DNA from: Schizochytrium sp. TIO01
Lineage: Eukaryota > Protista > Bigyra: Labyrinthulomycetes
Reading direction: 5' to 3'
Assembly: GCA_004764695.1 (NCBI GenBank)
Contig: SMSO01000032.1
Location: forward strand, 5,426,483-5,490,482
DNA: 64,000 bases
The notes under the pieces: generated by a model
Databases searched by the model: none
Seen by the model: the letters and a program-made list of their open reading frames with translations, nothing else
Told to the model about the DNA's origin: nothing
Position numbers and translations under genes: made by a program
Shown: positions 36,175 through 49,447 of the stretch, piece after piece
How positions within the stretch are numbered: the stretch's first letter is position 1
Layout of the letters: each line of letters begins with the position of its first letter

Positions 36175-36459
36175 TTTTTTGTTAATTTTATTTTTAAATC
36201 ACAAATCTCACTCTTTTTTTAATAGTTCGGAAAAGAAGAAATCTTGCTGTAAGGAGTTAAGGATTGGTCATGATGTTAGAGAGCAGTTGCCGGCAGAGAC
36301 AGACCATTCAATAGATAGCAAATGCAGAAATCGGTTATCAATATGTCCCTGAGAAGAAGGCAGAGGAGTAATAGGTGAAGGTCGTCAGTCAAGAATAGTA
36401 TATTTAGAAAAACGAAGAAGAAGAAAACAAGAGGGAAAATTATTGGTGATAGAGAGTGA

Positions 36460-38125
36460 TCAACAGCAAGAATCTTTGGGAGGTTTGCCGGCGTTCCCGT
36501 TGCCGATGACTACGGATTTGCCGTAGTCTTCCTCGTCGTCCATGGTTTTAAAGTGGTTGTGCACGTTGATGACGAGCTCCTCAAAAGCCCGCGTCACGTT
36601 CTGGCCAGTCTTGGCTGACGTTCGCATTGATAACAGGCCGTGCTCTTCGCACGCACTCGTGTGAAGAGCCTCTGAAATGTACTTGCCTACCTCAAGTTCT
36701 GCTTCGAGATCAATCTTATTGCCCACAAGCATAATGCATGACAAAAAGCCTCGCTCCTTGTCTGCCGCTTCTTTCAAATCATTCAACCAGGTGTCAAGAG
36801 CATTCTGGAATGACTTTTTGTTCGCCACGTCGTAAACTAGAATTGCGCCTGCTGCTCTCCGGTAGTGTGAGGTTGTGATCGCGCGGTACCTCTCCTGGCC
36901 AGCTGCGAAGACCAAAACCATATCCCCATGGCATATACAATGGTCAAAATTATCCAAATGTCAATCGAATCATATCTGTTAGTCAACTTCTGTTGCACAT
37001 TGTCGAATCCCTGAATTTGTCGATAACGTCTAAACGTTCTGACTCAAAGACAGGCATGGAATTTCTGTAAGCGGATTTGTTAAACACGCCTAAATAAATA
37101 AAGATCGGTAGGGTAACATTTGTGGCTATTCCTTGATGAGACTTGCCGCCTTTTACCAATCAAGATATTAAGTACATATCTATACTTACCTGTGTCCCAA
37201 ATCTGCGTGCGAATTCGTGTGCCGTCTGGGTGCACGATGGTCTTTGTGCCAAACTCGACGCCAATTGTAGGCTTGCGCGTCTCGTGGAAAGTGGAGACCA
37301 CCTTTCCAGGTTCATATGAACCATTTTCTGCGTTTCGCGTGAAACATGCGAGGAGGTTTGTCTTGCCTACACCCGCATCTCCAACGAGAACAACTGAACA
37401 TTACAAAGTCAAGATGCAACACAAGCAAAGAGTGTAGAGTGTTAGTAATCGGAGTTGAATTTTTCTAGCCCAACCAAATGCATGAACTTCAAAATGTGAG
37501 AATCTCCAATGATCATCAGCACATTTCAAAACAACATTTCAAAATTTGTGTACAATAAGCAAGAAAATCTTGCATGAGGATGTAGAAGACCAGACAAACC
37601 AAAGTCACCTCAGCATAGTCCTGTAGTAATTGACACGCCATGCGACACAATCCTTCCTTGTTTTACCAGCAACGTTGCACTTGTAGGTATAAAAGGTGAA
37701 AGAAAGGTTTTTAGTGTCTGCGTGACCAGCCCCTCCACTGAGCCGAGACTGGAAGAAACTGCTAGAGAAAGTACCTGGTCGTTGGAAACGTTGGAGGTTT
37801 GATGAGGAGGCTTCCAGTGGCTGCCACGATGCATTTTTGTCTCCCAGAGTTTCCCCATTGGATCAAATTTATGAGATGAGTCATCTCACATTGTCATCTA
37901 CCATTACAGCACTTAATGTACAGGCTATGTATGTGCAAGTTTGGCAAAAGCAATTCATGCTTATGATAAATACAATGCAATCAGAGCTTCCCTCACAAGC
38001 TTGAGCAGATATTAATCCTCACGGACCCCAACATCCAGGGCATATATATCCCTCCAGGCAGGAATACACAATTCATGTAAAACGCGGAACAACTTACTCT
38101 TGTACAAGACGTCAAATTCGTCCAT
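36460..38125 (-). CDS. Rab GTPase, divergent Rab11-like; exons 38125-38098, 37393-37190, 36902-36460
   Basis: The spliced product reads [21 protein letters not shown]...TIGVEFGTK...[15 protein letters not shown]...GNKIDL...TSAK...SCC, ending in a CC prenylation motif. Both introns have GTAAGT donors, CTAAC branch sites and CAG acceptors, and both keep the frame. Confidence 0.93.
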
Positions 38126-41100
38126 GGTGGGTGGTGGTTTCTGTTCTTTGCGATCTCTAAGGTACCTTGCCTCAGAAAATCTATCTATCTAGCTCGTGTG
38201 CGGCTTAACGCCTCTGGCTTGTCTACACCTTTTGAGACACCAGCTGAGTACCTACAATGCTTGGTGAGATGAGCGGCTTCGCGAGCAATATCTCGCCTGT
38301 ACTAAAGGTGAGTATGGATAGATAGATAGTCAGATACGCCTCTTGAGGCAATCGAAGGACGCGCTTGCTCGCAGGAAAGAACTCGAGAACCGGGATCGCC
38401 GAGGGAGAACCGAGCGTTGAAGACCCCGTCAGGACGCTCTCTTATGCGCTTGGAGCGGCGTCGAGGAGCGAGCCTGGCCGGCTATGGATAGCAGGCGATC
38501 TAGCGATTCGGCTAGTTCGGGCGTAGGCGCGGGCACGTAGGCGTGCGCGATGGCGAGCCTTTGGGCGCGAACAGCGACGTTTAGGCGGTCGTTACTCCTA
38601 CCGGAATCCTACCGCTGCCTGTTGTGTCGGCCCGCGAAATCAAAGCTTCGCGCGTCCTCCGCGAGCGGCTCTTGCGGCGCCTTCTTGAGGTTTGGCGGAG
38701 CCTCGTCTCGCCAGAGACTCTTTCTTTCTCCCGCCGCGCCGCTCATTAAACCCGTATTCGACTGTCAGACGCACAAACTTTCATTCATTCGATCATTCAA
38801 TCTATAATCTTCTGCAGTGCAAGTGAATCTATCACAACTCTGTAAATAGACAATCCTCGATTGCCCTACTTACATCTCTTCACCTCCACTGTAGGTTATC
38901 CTGGCATATCTTTCTTTCCCTATTCTCCCTACCACTCCGTTATCCAGCTCTAGCCCTGCTTTCATTTATCGCCGAGAGATACGGAATACAGGAAGGAAAG
39001 GAGTGATGCACTTTTTCCCTTCTTTTCTCTCTCTTCTCCTTCTATACGACGTGAATAGAATACTGAGGAGATAACAGTAGCTATCCGAGGCTTTAGGACT
39101 ATCCGACCATGTTCTCTTCAGGAAAGAACGAAAGGATGAAAAGAAGGAGGCTAAAAAGTACAGTCTTTATGATCTATCTATCCGAGTCGAGTCGTGTCGT
39201 GTTTACTTATCTATTTCTATTTATCATCATGATGCAAAAAAGTCAACGTTTCCTATGTATCATTTTACAGAATTCATTATTTTTTATAATTCATTATTTG
39301 AGAATAATAGCTTGGATATCATCTATTAAATTATACTGTATTTTATAGAAAACGAAATAGGGAAGAATAGCTAGCTCCTACACGTTTAAATGAGGATGAA
39401 AATAAAATAGATATCTAGGAGATACGTACAGTTGAGAGGAAGTAGTAGAAGTACCTCTTACAAATTTTAAATTAAAAGAAACTTACAGAAAATCAATTAA
39501 AAAAGCTTCAAAAAAAGGTTTCCCACGTGATTTTCCTTGAACGTGATTGCTTCCCCATACCACCGTCGCTCCAATACGCACCCATTGAATGATGATTCAC
39601 GGTTCACACAAACCGAATGGGGGAGTGAGTTCCCGCTCTTCAAGCTTGAGCTTATCCAGGCTCTTCGCGTGTGTACTTCAGCCCTGAGCATCTGCAAACG
39701 AGGCCTCAGAAGACGAGCGAGCAATCGAATGCTGGACAATAAATAACTCATGTAAAACATAACTAGGCTCCTAGCTACCTACTAGCCTGCCAGCTACTGC
39801 CTAACAGTTAGTTAGATAGCCAGCTAGGAGTCTATCGTCATCACGGCCTTATGAAATCACTCACCATGGGGACACCTTAGGGAGGACTGCGGTTAAGCAT
39901 AGAAGGCCACCGTCGAGATGGCGGCGGTGCCAATGATGATGATGAGATGATGATGATGATGATACGATGATGCCGATGAACAATCAAAACGACGACGAGG
40001 CCAATAAGACAACAACAAGACGAAGAAGAAGATAATGATGCGGGTCTTGTCTTCATCTGCATCATGACGAGAAGACGGGCTCAGTCTCCAAGGTTGCGTG
40101 TTTTGAGCGGAGCGAGGGCAAAGCCAAAGCCTCCATTCAATGGAAACGCCACGAACGACATGAGATGTAAAGAGACATCAATGAGGTGCTCTCTTTGAAG
40201 ATGAAAACCCCTGAAAGCCTTCCCAGGGACATACATCACAGAAGGCGGCATCAAAATCTAAGAAGAACTCCTCGAAAGGAAGTTCGACCGGTGTGCAATG
40301 GCCATGTTCTTGAAGTATGAAAATGCTGGGCCTGCGTCTGCAAAGGAACCCGTCATCCACTCCTGTCGAGCATGCGAGTGCTGGCGCTCAGGTATTTACT
40401 TCCCTTCAAACTCATGCACGACTTACGCATTACACTCCAATTCATGGCTATGATTTCTTTCTTCCTTTCCTTTCTTTGGCCTGGCCGCCTGCTCATGGAT
40501 GAGATAGCAACGCATAGGTCGTCTGGTGTGAGTCGTACCATACTAAGTAGATAGATGCAAAGAGCCGTGATTACTTCCTTTGGTTTTTTATTAATTATTA
40601 TTTTTGGGTATTTGTTCTTATTGGTTGAAATAAGAAAGATGATCTCAGAGTCAATCCATTTTGCGATTGTGATAACTTTGTAAATCAATGCTGCTATGTA
40701 AAATAACTACTGTGGAGTTTGCGAATCAATCTCTGTGAGAGGCAGTCGCGTCAGTGCATTGGCGATGCCGCGGTTTGGTGTGCGGCGGCGGCCTTCCGGT
40801 CTAAGGGAATGCACGGCTTCGTGCAAAACGAACCCTTTTAAAGCACGAGCGTCTCTCTGTAAAATCGATTGCACAAGAATTTGAGACTAAGTCCGTTACG
40901 CCAGCACGTCACTGGTTGTTCAACGTGGCGGGAACTGGCAGGGACGGGAACTTCGTTCTTGGCACAAGTCCGGGGAAAGCTGGCAAGGTGTTCCACGCGC
41001 GCAAGTGGCGCAAAGCACTGCGTGAATCTACCCCAAGTTCAAGTCTTAAGGTGCTCCGAGGGCGGCTTTAAATGGCGTTCTCACTGTCTTCTCTCGCTGT

Positions 41101-42730
41101 TATCGCATCTTCGCTGAGTTTTTTAATTCATTTTACATATTTTATTATTAGTATTATCATCTTGGATAATAAGTAGTTAGCTCTAGCTAGAGACAGTGAA
41201 TAAGTAAAATTTGACCTAAATGTTTGGGCGCCATCTTGGATTTTAAGCAACCACTACTTTGCTGAATTAACCTTTAAGTCAGGATGGTCTCTGATTAGGT
41301 TGACAAAGGGGTGTGAGAAAGACGAGGAAAATCGTTTGATGGAGATCCTCTTACGGTGCTGCAGATCCTGCTGTCGTAGAATTTGTGAAGGCAGCCTTGA
41401 CCTTCAGGAACCCATATATGTACTTTGGTATATTCACTTTACTTAGTATTTAAGAATTTCCTTCAATTAAAAAATAAGGTAATTTTTATTTTAATTAATC
41501 ACAATTTATTTTATTTAAAAAAAAGAAAAAAGCTTTGAAGGTCGAATACACATTCAAGCCTTGAAGCGGAAGGGTAAAAAAAGAGTTATTTTTCTTTAGA
41601 ATGCACCCGATACCTTGCTAACAGAAAAACAACTCGTTTATAGCACTGTCGATTTACTGATTGAACACAACGAATATCTTCGTTTGGGAAACTGAAGCGC
41701 AGTGATTAGGCCTTCTAGAGGAAGCAGAATGATAAGATTGGAATGGAACATGAAAACTAGCCACTATCTAGATGCGACCTTTGTCCTCTATGGAGAACAA
41801 GCTTTGTTTGTCTAGGCTAAAGAAATTGTGCATTTTTGGTTAAGACCTAGAATAAATGTCAGATTGTTCATATCACTCCGAAATCTCTTGAAAACGAAAC
41901 GTATACCAAGAGAGAACTAATTATACATCGAACAAAATGTTAGTAATATTGGTACTTAGTTTTCAATGAAAATTACTAAGCCCTCCCCAGGAGCTCTCAT
42001 CAAAAGAGCCTTGCGAGAAAATAAAGCAACCACTCCAGTCGCGCCGCGAATGGGTTTATTTGTGGCAGGTAACTCGCTGTGGCAATCCAAATCCCAAACA
42101 GCAATTCTTTTGCAAGAAGAAGCGTCAACAATACCCTTCCTGACTTCTTTTGAAGATGTACAAGATCGTACTCATGAGGCCAGTGGTTTTTAATAAGAAA
42201 GACAAACAGCAGTGCGATAATCTTGAGATTTAACATCATATCTGATACATATATCCGCACGAGGTAATTTGACAAAGTACTTGGGAAACATATTCATAAG
42301 TAACATTTATCAATAAGAGAATGAAAGTAAAAACCGCATCTCTGTTTTACAAGAAAGACAACATAAAAAATAAAGCTGAAGATAAAGTAATAATAGCAGA
42401 AGTGGCATGAACATCTGAGTGTAAGAAAAAGAAAATGAAGGGGGAGTTTAAAAGAAATAAATTTGAGAATAAAAATTAAAACAAAGATAAAACAATGGGT
42501 TCCCCGTCGGATGCTCTGCATCCCACTTTTAAGGAAGCTGAGTTAATTGACCTTAATCGTTCTGTTCTTTTGATGTCACAGTGTTCTGTTTTGCTGCGTG
42601 GCAGAGAATGAATGAAATAGAAGTAATGCTATGAGCAAAATGTCTAGAAAGGTAGACTAAAGAATTGTGAATCAAAACTAGAAAAGAGAATTGGCGTGTG
42701 AATCCCTCGCAATCGAGATCGAGATCAAGA

Positions 42731-43105
42731 ATGTCGAACCCCGAAGGTGAAGACAGCAGTGCCTCTGCCCAGCAGAGCTTCCGTGACTGGAATGCTCGCA
42801 TGCACGAGCGTCTTGAGGGTGCCAAGGAAGACGTGGCACGGCAGAACCAGTCGAACCAAAACGCTGTGTACGCGCAGCTTCAAAAGGCGCAACCGCACCC
42901 ATGCAATGGTCTTGCGGAAGACTTTGTTCGTGTGCTTACATTTGCCAGCAACGAGAAATTCACTGACACTGCTAGTGAACTTTACACGTGCATGTTCAAG
43001 CCTGAAGAACGTCAAGAGGTGCTCGACCGCCACCGCGAGAAACTCAGGATACGTCTTGAGCAACTCGAAGCCCTTCGTGCTGAGCAAGCTCAAAACGAGA
43101 ACTAA
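42731..43105 (+). CDS. Small helical hypothetical protein, 124 aa
   Basis: The ATG is at 42731 and the GC3-rich codon usage resembles neighbouring conserved genes. The ends are coiled-coil-like and two Cys are separated by 28 residues. Confidence 0.7.
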   Translation: MSNPEGEDSSASAQQSFRDWNARMHERLEGAKEDVARQNQSNQNAVYAQLQKAQPHPCNGLAEDFVRVLTFASNEKFTDTASELYTCMFKPEERQEVLDRHREKLRIRLEQLEALRAEQAQNEN

Positions 43106-43686
43106 ATTAATCTATGCAAGAGGATGAGCCTCGCCCTGATTTCGATTTATCAAGGTTAAGAACGCTTGTTTAACAGCTCCTCGATTGGATCTTCGGCAGC
43201 TGTCATGTCCGAGTGAGCACTCTGCAGGGGTCCAAATCATATGCACAACATCCACTGCGGCAGGTGTCGTTGCACTGCTCAATTCATCAACTTCAAAAGA
43301 ATGCTATTGCTAGGACAGTAAATAGCAAGTATTCAAATATTTAGTATCCAACCCCGTTGATCATTTGCTTGAAAAGTAAACAAGAACTATCGCACAGGCA
43401 AATAACTATACAAAAACAAACCATTAAACAAACAATATGTAGTTAGAGTCATGAGTTACCCTTGAAAACTTGTCCACGAGATTATCTTCAGTAGCTTCCT
43501 CCCACATGTATCTTCTATTAGAAATTGAAAGGCCGTTAATGGTACCTTTACCACAAAAGTCACTGCATATTTATTTGTATTTTTAGAGCGAAAATGAACG
43601 TTAAACACTAATACTGAGAGTAATACATCTTTGGATATATTTTACTATGCTTAAAAAATTGTAAAACAAGGAAAGGGCTAAATTCT

Positions 43687-46498
43687 TTAGCGAGTGAAAA
43701 GTTCCTCAGTAAACGTGACGTAGTTGCCATCGCTCATGTTGGTCTGGAGGTAGTTTGCAAGGTCCGGGTTGGACGAACCAAAGCTCTGCTGGATCTGCTC
43801 GGGAGATACAGAGCCAGTACTCGAAATAGCTTTGAACGCCTCAATAACATCCTCCTTCGAGTCTCCTGTTTTAAGCTCGTCGACAAAAAAGGCAATAAAG
43901 TCATCGAGAGTAAAGAGCATGTTCGAAGAGCGAGCACGCATGCGCGACTCAAGCTCGCGGTCATCAAGATCAATACCAGCAGCAAGGCATGCCTCACGAA
44001 GATCACCAAGACGAAGCTTACCATCCTGATCCTGATCAAAGACGTTGAAGATCTCCTGCATCTCCTTGAGTTGTTCAGGGGGGATTTCAAGAGACTTTTG
44101 TGCCATGAGCTGAGCAGAAAGAGCTTCGTCAGCACGCTTCATATCCTTCAACAGCTGATCATAGTTGTTACGCAATGAGAAGATGGTGTGTGTTGTGTAC
44201 CTGTTGGCAACAACCTGAGCATCATCACACTCCTGGGAGGCCTTCTCAAGCTCAGCAAGTTTGGCTGCTCCAGTGGATCCCTCTCCAGTAGTATCCGCAC
44301 GAAGTTTAGCAATTGCCTCCTTTTGCTCCTCGAGCGATCCCGAGACCCCACCAAGCGCGCTGCGCTGGCCATCACAGTAATCAGCAAATGCTCCTGCAAG
44401 GTTGGCAAAAGTCTGCGAGAGCTCATCGCGGCGCTGCTCAGCTTGCAGAACAGACCCAAGATCACTCTGAAGCGTGCCCATCTTGGATCGGAGACTTTCA
44501 AGACGGCTTCGCTGTTGCGCACAATGGTCTTTGGCGTCCGGTCGCTTGCTAGAAATCTCTTCTGCTAAAGCTGACACTTCATCGAGCGTGATCTGTGCCC
44601 CTTGTACCTTTTGTTCAATCGAAGCCAGCTCCTGCTCAAGCTCGTCCATCTCGACCTTTGTAGCACCGGTGATATCTTCTCCGGCACGCTCCTCAAGTTG
44701 ATCAATGGTAAAGTCAAGCTCGTCAATTCGGGTCAAGTAGATCTTCTCCTTGGCCACGAGTGCCTTTTCGGTCTCGAGGGCAGCTTCAAGAGCAGTCCGG
44801 TGTTGGTTACCATGCGTCTCACAAGTGGACATTTTGTCCTCAAGAGCCCGCATTCCCTGGCTGGCCTCGGCCACTCCGGCGTGGCCCTCGACTGCCTCTG
44901 CCTTGGCAACAATCTGGCGGAGGTCCTCTACCACAGACTGGTACAACTTGAGACGGTTTTCGTAGCTCGCATGAACCTCGAGTTCAGTCTCGAGCTGCGG
45001 CACAGAGGATCCTGTCACACCTTGCGCAAACACTGCCAGCTTCTCATCGAGCCATACATTTACGGTTGCGGATTTTGCCTTGAACTTAGCCACGGCATGG
45101 TCAGCAGCTCTAAAATTCAGGTATCTGTCGAGCATCTTGCGTTCGTATGCCTGCTCAGTCTCCTCAAGGCCCTCCCAGGATGAGTTGAGCTCTGCAGGGG
45201 CAATGTCTGCATGAAATTCGGGGCGCTTGTTGTTACGTTTGCTACTCACAAGCGTTGTGTAAACTCCTTCAGCTTCGGCTCGCTTCGAGGCCATCGTGGG
45301 TTTGGTGTTGTTCATGTACGAAGAGAACTCGTCAAGAGCGGCCTTGACATCAGCAGTCGATGTTGGCAACTCAGCACCATCAAGTTGGTCCTTCTTGTTG
45401 GCAACGAAGCTCTTGACTTCCGAGGACAAATTTCCATACTGGCCCATCCAATCGTCGTGGCGACGAGTGACCTCAACAGCATTCTTAATGGCTTTCAGCT
45501 TGGACTCCATCTTGGCTTGGCTCGCAAAGAGCTTGAAGAACTGGCTCAAGTATGCGACTTGAGACTTCTCATCGGGGTGGGCCACAACATCTTCCGGGTC
45601 CAAAAGACGCGCGATGTTGAGCTTCTCCTCGGCAACAAGAAAGGCATTCTCGCAATTTGAGAGTCCATCGGCACTCGAAAGGCTATCAAAATCGATGAGA
45701 TCGGGGCGGTAGCGGTGGATGAGGGCGTTGAAAGCAAGACCGTCTGTCCACGAAGAAGTGAAATCCTTTACGTCAACGCCGGCGTAGCCCTTGGTTGAAC
45801 GCTGCAGCCAGAGCAACAGACCAGCCTTGCCATCGGCACCTGCCACCTCGAATCGAAGAATGATGGTCCACAGGAGACCGAGAATGAGTTTTTCGTTACC
45901 CTTGAGGATATCCGAAGAACCAATGTTCACAAGCTGGATATCGTGATCACGGATAAACTGCAAACACTGGTTCAAGTTCTCCAGCTTTTGAATGTCGATC
46001 TTTGGTTTCTTGTTAATGCGACCCACATTCTCATCAGAGATCCGACCAAGGAGAGAGGCGAGGACAGTGCCATCTGCAAGGTCTGTGACGAGCTCCTCGA
46101 TTTTGCCGTCAGGAGGCAAGTACTGGTTCGCCCTGTATATATCATATCATTCATTTGTGTTAGTGATCCAAATGTTTCAATTTCTTGTGATATCTTCACA
46201 GCCGCCCTAGAAAGGAAACTTCACGACTGAAATTTGCTTGCAATTGCAGTGAAGCCTTGCGTACATATACAAAGATTGCCAAGAAGATAATCATAAAGTA
46301 CTCGACGGCATAATTTCATGATTTCATGATGATTTCCTACAAATTGAATGTCGAATGTATCTTGTGCTCATACTCCATCTTGCTCAGAATACTCGCTTAT
46401 TCATTGACACAGAAGGTAACTTACCAACGAGTGAAGGTCTTGCGCTGGACGCCAATCCACGAGTCACGGTCCTCGGTGCTGTGGACGGGGTGGCTCAT
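43687..46498 (-). CDS. ACTN: Alpha-actinin (CH1-CH2, spectrin repeats, EF hands); exons 46498-46425 and 46132-43687
   Basis: Exon 1 (MSHPVHSTEDRDSWIGVQRKTFTRW) splices in frame (TG|GTAAGT...CTAAC...ACAG|G). Motifs include DLADGTVL, KLILGLLWTIILRF, SWTDGLAFNALIHRYRPDL, PDEKS, a helical rod and the FDQDQDGKL EF hand. Confidence 0.95.
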
Positions 46499-47781
46499 GA
46501 TGCTTCTCAGGCAGGCAATCCGACGATGAACCACCTCAAATGTTTACTCTCCACAACACAAGGACGCAGACGAAGCCTGTGAGAGGTCGAACGAAAGAAG
46601 TAAAGTGGAGACGTTGGCGACCACCAGCAAGCTCGTGCAGTCGAGAGGAGGAGCGAGCTAGGCGCGAAGCAAGGCTTGCTTGCGTTAAGGGTTTACAGTC
46701 TGGAGCAAGAATCCTGCAAAGAGGAGGGCACCTCTCAGGAGCCAAAAAAGGAGACTATCAAATAAAACTTTGTTGGCGAAAAGAGCCAAAAAAGGCCTCG
46801 AAAGCTGAAAAGGGCTTCGAGGTCGGTCAAAGCGGCTCAGCTCTCACTCACTCACTCACTCACGTTGCGTAGCGACTGGCCGGCGGGCCATGGGCCAAGT
46901 GGGCAGGTGGAGCTGCGTCGCGGAGCCGCGAGAGCTTCCGTCCAGATGGAGAAGTGGATTCCACGATGGGAAGTGCCCTCGAGAGAGAGAAGACGCACAG
47001 AAGCGGAAACGAAAACGATGATTTGCCAAAGATAATTTAGCATTCAATAGAACAACAATCAATGCGAAAAAAGATTTCCATTTATTTTCTATCTGAACTT
47101 CATTGTTCATCGTTGAGATTATGAGGGAAAGCGGAAAAGAAAAAGAAAAAGAAAAAGAAAAAGAAAAAGAAATCAATTTGAGATCCTTTTACAACAGTCT
47201 CTAAGGCGCGTATAGCGGTGGCTAATAATAGAAGTCGAAGGAAAGAGTTACGAGATTTTCAAGAGAGAAGAACAGATAAAGAACAGAGTTCAAGTTGTGA
47301 CGAATGGCAGACTGCAGCTTTCTTTGCTTTGATGGATGTAGAGACGAATGAATTAAACTTCAGCGAGCGTCCGCAGGATCTGTCGGAGGTACGTTTCGCA
47401 AAGCTCCAATGCGAAAAGAGAAGAACTCTGCCTCTAGAGCGGACTTGAAGAACATCTTGAGATGGACCGCCCTGAAAAGTTTCTCACATGATTTTAATTT
47501 ATTATAGACTCGCTTTCTTTTTTAATTAAAATTACTTGAAAACGTTTTCACAACAATGAATTGAGTTTGAGGGAGAAAAACAAAATTGTTCCATACGTTC
47601 CATAAAATCTCAATGGTCTGAAAGTTCTGAAAGTACGAGGATGCAATCTTAGTCTTCGTGACCACCACGCAAGCGATTGGAGTCTCTACGTCGCTGAGAA
47701 TCTGCAAACCTGTAAGCGTTTGGAGCCTTGCGAAGAGGTTCACGTTGGCGCGTACAAGGATCTTGAGGGAAAGAGCTTAAG

Positions 47782-49436
47782 ATGCAGTCCGTATTGAGAC
47801 TAGCCCGCGGGCTTGGGCCTGCCAACTCTGGCTGTTGTGGTGTTGCTGGTTTTGCTCAGAAGAAGCCTGCTTTGAGGGCCTCTGCCCTACAAAGTTTTGG
47901 CGTTCGTAACGTGCACACGGACGACGGGGAGGGGTCTGAAAAGGAACAGGAGCCGAAAGACCCGTTTCGTTTTAAGGTACGTAGGAGAGTGAGGGATCTA
48001 TCATAGTCATGATTTGCAGGATCGATCATTGCGTCTGCAATGTCATCCTCGTGCTGTTGGGGTATGATTCGCTCCAAACAGCGCCAGGAACGGAGAACGT
48101 CAAGGCAAAATTTCTGGAGGAAATCGGTGAAGGTAAACTGGGTGGTGCTTCGGTTTTCATCTTCTGCTTCTGCAACAGATACTGCGTTGCACCTTGATAG
48201 CAGAATCCTTTATGCTGGAGCATTCTATTTTTTACGAATATGCAATTCTCAAAGGAGGAGTTAGAGTTGGTATTATGGGTTTTCTATTGTTTGTTACATG
48301 GGCTAGTTGCTAACATGGTAACCTTTCGTGGTTACGTCCTGAAAATATCAAAACACATATTAAATTTATTTCTGCATGCGTAGAACAAAGGCGCTGGCAA
48401 GCTCGAGGCAAACTCCCTGGGATCCGCATCACTGCGTATTACCCCTGGCGAAAATCAAGACACAGTAATCTCTTTCGAGAATGGCGCATCATCTGAAAAA
48501 TGGGCAGCTCGCTTCGACGAACGGGGGGCTGTTGTAAATCTTTCAGGCAATGATAATACAGGAACCGCAGTGGTGGATATGCCTTATCGATCTGACATCA
48601 TCCTCAAGGCTCCACTCGGATCGATTGAGGTCAGCGAGTATCTCGAAGGTGATCTCCTTGCACACTCTGGTAAGGGCATTCGCGTAAAAAAGGTGCGCGG
48701 CAACACAGTGGAACTTGAATGCTCAGGGGCCGCCGAAGTAATAAAAGACTTGGAAGCTGTCAACCTCTCTGTGTTTTCTAAATCCTTTTCCACGCGTAAA
48801 CTCTTAGCCCAGTTCGCAGAGGTCCTTTGTTCTGAAGGCAATGTCAAGATCCAGGCGGCTTATGTGGATGATGCAACCATCAATGCCCAAGGCGATGGCA
48901 ACGTGAGTGTCAAGGGCTTCCACGGTAGCTTGGTCGTGAGAGGAAGGGCTGATGTGGAACTTCTTGGTGTGAACGGTGCGCTGGACCTTGAAATCGAAAA
49001 GGGAAATGTAGTTGTTCAATTTGACTCACTCTCCGAGTCTACCCCGTGCCGTATTGTCACCAAGTCTGGCAGCGTCAACGTAACCTTGCCGCTTGATCAA
49101 CAAGTGTACATTGAGTCCGAGAGCGAGTCCGTTGAAAAGTTGCCCAAGGGTATTGAGGTTTCAGGCAACCTTGCGCGTGGAACTTTTGCAGGTACACCCG
49201 AGCCAAACCGAGCAACACACCGTGCAGCCATGAGCGGTAAAGTGAACATTGATGAGACCAAAACTCGGGAAGCACTTTGGGGCATGCCAAAGGGTAGCGA
49301 TCTGGACGGTGGCTCTCTTGAAAATGATGGGGCTCAGCTCTTCATTACAGCGCCAAAAGGTAGCGTAAAGATTGAGGCCATCAGTTGGATTGAGCGTATC
49401 CGCAACCGCTTTATCCCCCCCTCAGAGACTCCTTAA
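47782..49436 (+). CDS. Probable mitochondrial DUF4097/adhesin-like beta-repeat protein (FAM185A-like); exons 47782-47976 and 48384-49436
   Basis: The N-terminus looks like an Arg-rich transit peptide. A phase-0 intron (AAG|GTACGT...GCTAAC...TAG|) joins the frames. Repeated G-[SN]-[VI]-x-[VI] beta-strand motifs (GSIEV, GNVKI, GNVSV, GNVVV, GSVNV) precede a C-terminal GSVKIEAISW. Confidence 0.7.
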
Positions 49437-49447
49437 ATTGGGGTAAT

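Noticed and set aside
41228-41242. GCGCCATCTTGGATT motif typical of YY1 sites and some DNA-transposon subterminal repeats
   Set aside because: It is a single copy with no inverted partner, TSD or transposase nearby.
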